Source of the DNA: an uncultured Gammaproteobacteria bacterium | GTDB taxonomy: Bacteria; Patescibacteriota; Microgenomatia; Daviesbacterales; UBA10151 | Assembly (NCBI GenBank): GCA_964524895.1 | Contig: CAZGFG010000002.1 | Span: forward strand, 41,284-105,283 | Reading direction: 5' to 3' | DNA: 64,000 nt | In this document: positions 59,021-64,000 of the stretch, piece after piece | How positions within the stretch are numbered: position 1 is the first letter of the stretch | Layout of the letters: each line of letters starts with the position of its first letter | Program-made: the position numbers and the translations under genes | Notes under the pieces: generated by a model | The model's input: the letters and a program-made list of their open reading frames with translations, nothing else | Told to the model about the DNA's origin: nothing | Database searches by the model: none

Positions 59021-60673
59021 ATGAGAAAGTCAGTTTTATTAGGCTTATTTTCGATTCTGATATTGGCATTCCTCTTAAGATTTTATAAAGTTACGGAAAT
59101 ACCGCCTTCTCTTAATTGGGATGAAGTATCTATAGGATACAACGCTTATTCTATTCTAAAAACCGGTAGAGACGAGTGGGGACAGTTTTTACCGCTGCAT
59201 TTTAAGTCATACGGAGAGTATAAATTACCAGTTCAAGTTTATGGGTCTATTCCAGCAGTTGCACTTTTCGGGCTAAACGAGTTAGGGGTTCGGGTTACTC
59301 CGGTAATTTATGGAACTCTAACGGTCTTAGTATTGTTTTTCTTAGGGAGAGAATTGTTCAAAAGTAGTACTGTTGGTTTAATTTCTGCACTACTACTTGC
59401 TATATCTCCTTGGCACATCCAATTGACCCGTGCTTCCTTTGAGTCCGCATTTGCCACCTTTTGGTTTAGTTTAGGGGTGTTGTTTTTAGTTATGGGATTT
59501 AAAAAGCCAAAATGGTTGGTTTGGTCAATAATTCCATTCGCTCTCTCTGTATATACTTACAACACTACCAGAGTTTTTACCCCACTCTTTTTGGTAACCG
59601 TCTTAGTTATATACAATAAGTTTTTTCTTCGAAACAAAAGGTCCACCTTAATATCCTTCATCCTTTTTGTCATTTTAATGTTTCCTCTGGTACCTTTTTT
59701 CCTAAGTGGAGGTGGAAGTGCTAGATATAAATTGGTAAGTGTTACGGATGATCCAGGGTTGGGTTTAAGGGTCAATGAAAACAGAGGGAAATCCAGCCTT
59801 CCGTTATTTTTCCCCAGATTGGTACATAATAAGGTCACCTATACAGTTTTGGCGGTAACTGATCATTATATTGCCCACTTTACACCAGATTTTTTATTTT
59901 TATCCGGTGCGCCGCATAAGCAACACCATGTTCAGAATATAGGTGAGCTTTATTTATTCCAGGCACCCTTTTTGCTGCTGGGATTATTTGGCCTATTCTA
60001 CCTGCAAAATAGATTTAAGTGGTTATTGATAACTTGGTTACTTCTTTCGTTTATACCAGTATCTGTTACAAATGACAGTATCCCTAATGCTCTCCGCACT
60101 TTAGTAGCGGTTCCTGTTTATCAATTGATCACAGCCTTGGGTATATATTGGAGTTTTAATTTCATTAATAAAAGATCAAAAGCGCTATCTTTTATTTTAA
60201 TATTTTTAACAGTATTGGTGGCTGCATTGAATATATATACCTATCTTACCAATTATTACACCACATATCCTGTAGCCTATTCTCGAGATTGGCAATATGG
60301 GTATAAACAGGCAGTAGAGTTTATCAAGCAACACAAGATTAAGTATGATGAAATTGTTTTTACTAGGCATTATGGGGAGCCACAAATGTTTACCCTGTTT
60401 TATCTAAATTACGATCCTTATTTATATCAACAAGATTCCAACCTGGTACGATACGAGACTTATAATTGGGTTAGAGTTATCAGATTTGATAACTTCTACT
60501 TTCCAGATTTGGGGGATGAGGGAACAACTTATCGGGAAATAGAGACAAGGGATAAAGGCAAGAAAATCCTTTTTGTCGGTAAACCGGGAGATTTTCCTGA
60601 TAATGTACATACACTTGAGACTATTGATTTTCTCAATGGGAAACCCGCATTTCAAATAGTAGATAATTTGTGA
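59021..60673 (+). CDS. GT39/83-like GT-C membrane glycosyltransferase (array member 4 of 6)
   Basis: LRFYK..IPPSLNWDEVSIGYNAYSILKTGRDEWG, GEYKLP, SPWH...R..FE, PNALR, WQYGY. Confidence 0.87.
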   Translation: MRKSVLLGLFSILILAFLLRFYKVTEIPPSLNWDEVSIGYNAYSILKTGRDEWGQFLPLHFKSYGEYKLPVQVYGSIPAVALFGLNELGVRVTPVIYGTLTVLVLFFLGRELFKSSTVGLISALLLAISPWHIQLTRASFESAFATFWFSLGVLFLVMGFKKPKWLVWSIIPFALSVYTYNTTRVFTPLFLVTVLVIYNKFFLRNKRSTLISFILFVILMFPLVPFFLSGGGSARYKLVSVTDDPGLGLRVNENRGKSSLPLFFPRLVHNKVTYTVLAVTDHYIAHFTPDFLFLSGAPHKQHHVQNIGELYLFQAPFLLLGLFGLFYLQNRFKWLLITWLLLSFIPVSVTNDSIPNALRTLVAVPVYQLITALGIYWSFNFINKRSKALSFILIFLTVLVAALNIYTYLTNYYTTYPVAYSRDWQYGYKQAVEFIKQHKIKYDEIVFTRHYGEPQMFTLFYLNYDPYLYQQDSNLVRYETYNWVRVIRFDNFYFPDLGDEGTTYREIETRDKGKKILFVGKPGDFPDNVHTLETIDFLNGKPAFQIVDNL

Positions 60674-62202
60674 AGATTAGATGGTTGTTTATTATTGTGG
60701 TGGCAATATTTTTAATAAGCCGCCTATATAAATTATCTGATGTGCCAACCTCTCTGTATTGGGATGAGGCCTCTATCGCTTACAACGCTTACTCTATTTC
60801 AGAAACAGGGAGAGATGAATGGGGAGATTTTCTACCGATACATTTTAGAGCTTTTGGTGAATTTAAATTACCGGTTTTCATTTATAGTGTTGTCCCTTTC
60901 ATCAAAACTTTTGGGCTCGATAACTTTAGTGTAAGGTTCCCGGTAGTACTTTATGGTTTAGGTGTTGTGATTTTAACCTATTTGTTGGCTCTTAAAATTA
61001 CTGCAAGCAAGTTCATTTCGATATGGGCCATGTTTTTAATAACCGTCTCTCCTTGGTTTTTTCTATTTAGTAGGGTTGGTTATGAAGCAACTGCAGGTCT
61101 TTTCTTCTACCTCCTAGCCATCTTAATGTTCTTAAAGTATGAACAAAATAAATATTTTATACCCCTTTCCATAATATTTTTTTCGGCAAGCGTCTACAGC
61201 TATAATAGTTTTAGAATTGTTTCTCCTCTGACAATCCTAACTCTGCTGGGTTTTTATTTTCCGGCAATAAAAGAAAGGTTTAGGGCCTATTTACCGGTAT
61301 TGGTAATAGCAGCAGCTTTATTTATCATTAGCATATTACCAATAATACGTTTATATGAATATGACTATGGTTTATCAAGGTTTGATGTTGTTAAAGTTTC
61401 CTCTGAAGACAATATGATTAAAATGATAATTCAGAACTACATATCTCATTTTAGTCCGAGCTATTTGTTTATATCGGGAGATAAGAATCTTCGTAGTCTA
61501 CAACAGGGTTGGGGTGAGTTATATCCGGTGACCTTTCCCCTTTTGGTTGCCGGGTTATTTTATCTAATCAGATTAAGAGGTAGAGAATATTTTTTAATTT
61601 TAGCGCTACTATTTTTGGCTCCTATCCCCGCTACCTTAACTAAAGAGGTCCCGCATTCTTTAAGATCTCTCGCCATGGTACCCTTTATAGCGTTACTGTC
61701 AGCATTGGGGATTTATTATTTGAATATACTAATAAAGTACAAAACTTGGCTGCAAATTTTTCTGATTTCGATATATCTTATCTATTTTTCAATCTATTTC
61801 GTAGACTTTATTAAGAAATATCCCCCATACTCTTCAGAAGAGTGGCAATTTGCATATAAACAATTGTTTAAGGAAGCCGGCCATAAGCTTTCAAACTATG
61901 ATAAAGTAATTATATCGGATGAATATGCTCAACCTTACATTTTTGCTGCTTATTATCAAAAGATAGACCCCAGTTATTTTCAAAATAATGTAGTCAGAAA
62001 TAACCCTAGTGAGTGGAGTTTTTCTTCTGTAAGGAAACTTGGTAACCTAGAATTTAGAAAGGTCAATTGGGATTTGGATGTACAACTTAAAAATAGTTTA
62101 ATTATATCTTCCAATAAAGAAGGGAATCCCTTAAATCTGGATGTTAAGGTGATCAAATATTTGAATGACAAACCTGCATTTTTTGTATATGAAACAAAAT
62201 AA
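60670..62202 (+). CDS. GT39/83-like GT-C membrane glycosyltransferase (array member 5 of 6)
   Basis: RLYKL..VP.SLYWDEASIAYNAYSI..TGRDEWG, GEFKLP, SPW..FSR..YE, PHSLR, WQF.Y, QPY. Confidence 0.87.
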   Translation: MKIRWLFIIVVAIFLISRLYKLSDVPTSLYWDEASIAYNAYSISETGRDEWGDFLPIHFRAFGEFKLPVFIYSVVPFIKTFGLDNFSVRFPVVLYGLGVVILTYLLALKITASKFISIWAMFLITVSPWFFLFSRVGYEATAGLFFYLLAILMFLKYEQNKYFIPLSIIFFSASVYSYNSFRIVSPLTILTLLGFYFPAIKERFRAYLPVLVIAAALFIISILPIIRLYEYDYGLSRFDVVKVSSEDNMIKMIIQNYISHFSPSYLFISGDKNLRSLQQGWGELYPVTFPLLVAGLFYLIRLRGREYFLILALLFLAPIPATLTKEVPHSLRSLAMVPFIALLSALGIYYLNILIKYKTWLQIFLISIYLIYFSIYFVDFIKKYPPYSSEEWQFAYKQLFKEAGHKLSNYDKVIISDEYAQPYIFAAYYQKIDPSYFQNNVVRNNPSEWSFSSVRKLGNLEFRKVNWDLDVQLKNSLIISSNKEGNPLNLDVKVIKYLNDKPAFFVYETK

Positions 62203-62203
62203 A

Positions 62204-63787
62204 ATGACACGAATAATTTTTGTTTTGATTGTAATTTTAGCCACCTTTTTAAGATTTTATAAATTCGATTCTGTGCCGCCTGCCCTTACTTGGGATGAGG
62301 TAGATGCCGGCTACAATGCGTGGACAATTGCAAATTATGGAAAAGATGAATGGGGAGAAACTTTTCCGTTGATTTTTAATTCTTTCGGTGACGATAAGCA
62401 TCCGGTGCATATTTATCTAACTGCAATAGTTGTCAAGATTTTGGGTTCTTCGGACTTTACAACCAGGTTACCGGCAGTTTTGTTTGGAATAGGCAGCGTT
62501 ATATTAGTTTATTTCTTAACTAAATTTATGTTCAAGAATGATTTTATATCTCTTCTTTCCGCGCTATTTCTGGCAATTTCCCCTTATCATCTTCATTTCT
62601 CAAGGTTTAATCATGAAGCAAATTATGCTTTATTCTTTTTTATACTCGGGTTGCTATTTTTTTATATGGCAAAGAAAAAACCAACCTTTCTTATATTGTC
62701 GGCAACCGGTTTCTTACTTTCATTATTGAGTTATCACTCTTCTTTAATCCTAGTACCGATAACAACGGTTCTGCTTCTTGTATTATATTTCAAAGATTTA
62801 ATACAGGCTAAAATCCATCTAGCTCTGTTCCTATTAATTTTATCTTCTTTTGCACTGCTTTCAGTATTTAATCCGGGTCTTTTAGGTTTGGCAAGAGTGA
62901 AGCAAACTTCTATTGGAAGTAAGGAAATAGAATCTAATTGGTTATATAAAAGAACCGGTAACCAGTTGTGGGGGAAAATTGGGGTTATTTCACAGAACTA
63001 TTCTTCCCATTTTGATCCAAAATATCTGTTTATCTTGGGTGATGACAACCCACGGCTTTCCTCACAGGTTTCCGGAGAATTTTATATTATCGATAGTCTA
63101 TTTTTAATAGCGGGATTATTTTATTTATTGGTAAGGTTTAGAAAAGAAAGTATGGTATTGCTTGTTTGGGCTCTGGCAGCCCCAATCCCAGCATCCTTCT
63201 CCTCGGAAGCTCCTCATGCTGGCCGAGCACTTTTTATGATGGGAAGTTGGAATATAATCGCAGCAGTTGGCTGTTATGCTATCTGGATTATTTTAAAACA
63301 TAAAATTGTTAGAGCAGTTTATTTGTTGATTGTTGCTTTTATAATGATTGTCTTGTTCCGAAATTATATAACAGGTTATTACTCTCTATTTGCTAAGAAT
63401 TATTCACATGACTTCCAGTACGGAATGAGACAAATTGTCGAATATGTTAGTAAAAATCCAGAGTATAGCCAAGTATTTATGACCAATGAACGGGGGCAAC
63501 CGTATATATTCTTTCTCTATTATCTGAAAACTCCATTGCCGGATTTTCTAAATACTGCTGTCTACAATAGGGGGCACAGCAAATCCTTTAGTAGGGTAGA
63601 TTATTTTAACAGATATTATTTTGAAAACTGGGATCCAATAGAAAGTATGCCTACACCAGGTGTTTTATATATAGTTACTCCAAGTCAATATGTAGGACTA
63701 CGGCATAAATTATTTTTTAATGTTAAGAAGCAAATTAATTATCCCAACGGGCAAGAAGCTTTCTTTATGGTAAGTGCTGATAAATGA
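62204..63787 (+). CDS. GT39/83-like GT-C membrane glycosyltransferase (array member 6 of 6)
   Basis: LRFYK..VPPALTWDE...GYNA, GKDEWG, GDDK.P, SPYH..FSR..HE, PHAGR, FQYG, QPY; ATG 62204 preferred. Confidence 0.87.
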   Translation: MTRIIFVLIVILATFLRFYKFDSVPPALTWDEVDAGYNAWTIANYGKDEWGETFPLIFNSFGDDKHPVHIYLTAIVVKILGSSDFTTRLPAVLFGIGSVILVYFLTKFMFKNDFISLLSALFLAISPYHLHFSRFNHEANYALFFFILGLLFFYMAKKKPTFLILSATGFLLSLLSYHSSLILVPITTVLLLVLYFKDLIQAKIHLALFLLILSSFALLSVFNPGLLGLARVKQTSIGSKEIESNWLYKRTGNQLWGKIGVISQNYSSHFDPKYLFILGDDNPRLSSQVSGEFYIIDSLFLIAGLFYLLVRFRKESMVLLVWALAAPIPASFSSEAPHAGRALFMMGSWNIIAAVGCYAIWIILKHKIVRAVYLLIVAFIMIVLFRNYITGYYSLFAKNYSHDFQYGMRQIVEYVSKNPEYSQVFMTNERGQPYIFFLYYLKTPLPDFLNTAVYNRGHSKSFSRVDYFNRYYFENWDPIESMPTPGVLYIVTPSQYVGLRHKLFFNVKKQINYPNGQEAFFMVSADK

Positions 63788-63800
63788 GTATAATAAAGTG

Positions 63801-64000
63801 ATGAGTAAAATTTCTGTTGTTTTGGCAGTTTATAATGAAGAAGAGAATTTGGCAAGGTGCCTAGATTCTATTAAAAATTTGGCTTGGGAAATTGTGGTTG
63901 TAGATGGCGGTTCTACCGATAATACCGTGAAGATAGCTAAAAAGTATGATGCTAGAGTAATAGAAACAGACAATCCTCTCAACTTTCACATCAATAAAAA
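63801..64000 (+). CDS. GT2 glycosyltransferase, N-terminal part; runs off the window edge
   Basis: Hand translation MSKISVVLAVYNEEENLARCLDSIKNLAWEIVVVDGGSTDNTVKIAKKY...; TATAAT 6 nt upstream. Confidence 0.88.
   Translation, partial: MSKISVVLAVYNEEENLARCLDSIKNLAWEIVVVDGGSTDNTVKIAKKYDARVIETDNPLNFHINK

Noticed and set aside
2087-62729. The many other 60-150 aa ORFs nested in or antisense to long genes
   Set aside because: Fully overlapped by well-supported CDSs, with no recognisable domains.
1-64000. rRNA, tRNA or other structured ncRNA genes
   Set aside because: Intergenic gaps are short and none showed a cloverleaf or conserved rRNA/tmRNA/RNase P motif by eye; an Infernal scan would be needed to exclude them formally.

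Overview
AT-rich bacterial window. Gene content and style (short TsaB, frameshift-free prfB, PaaX/Cas2-like solo gene, very large GT-C expansion, few Shine-Dalgarno sites) suggest a Patescibacteria/CPR genome, probably Microgenomates-like; this is inference, not a database result. 0-15.7 kb holds housekeeping and envelope genes: secA, tsaE, ftsEX plus an M23 hydrolase, prfB, a mini tsaB, a CAP protein and two Pro/Thr-rich membrane proteins. 15.7-64 kb is one very large surface-glycosylation region: rmlABCD, gmd, 8 GT2 domains, 1 GT4, a Wzx flippase and most of the window's ~21 polytopic GT-C-type membrane proteins, including tandem paralogue arrays and three fusion proteins. It is interrupted at ~25.8-29.6 kb by a small accessory island (radC, MazG-like, EVE-like/PD-(D/E)xK nuclease, ORFans). 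The most unusual observations are: (1) a wHTH-Cas2-like gene bracketed by two 36-bp quasi-palindromic direct repeats; (2) an FtsEX-linked M23 peptidase whose domain halves are in circularly permuted order; (3) a candidate modification-dependent defence operon; (4) the GT-C expansion and its fusions; (5) many apparently leaderless promoters. No rRNA, tRNA, CRISPR array, integrase or transposase was recognised.
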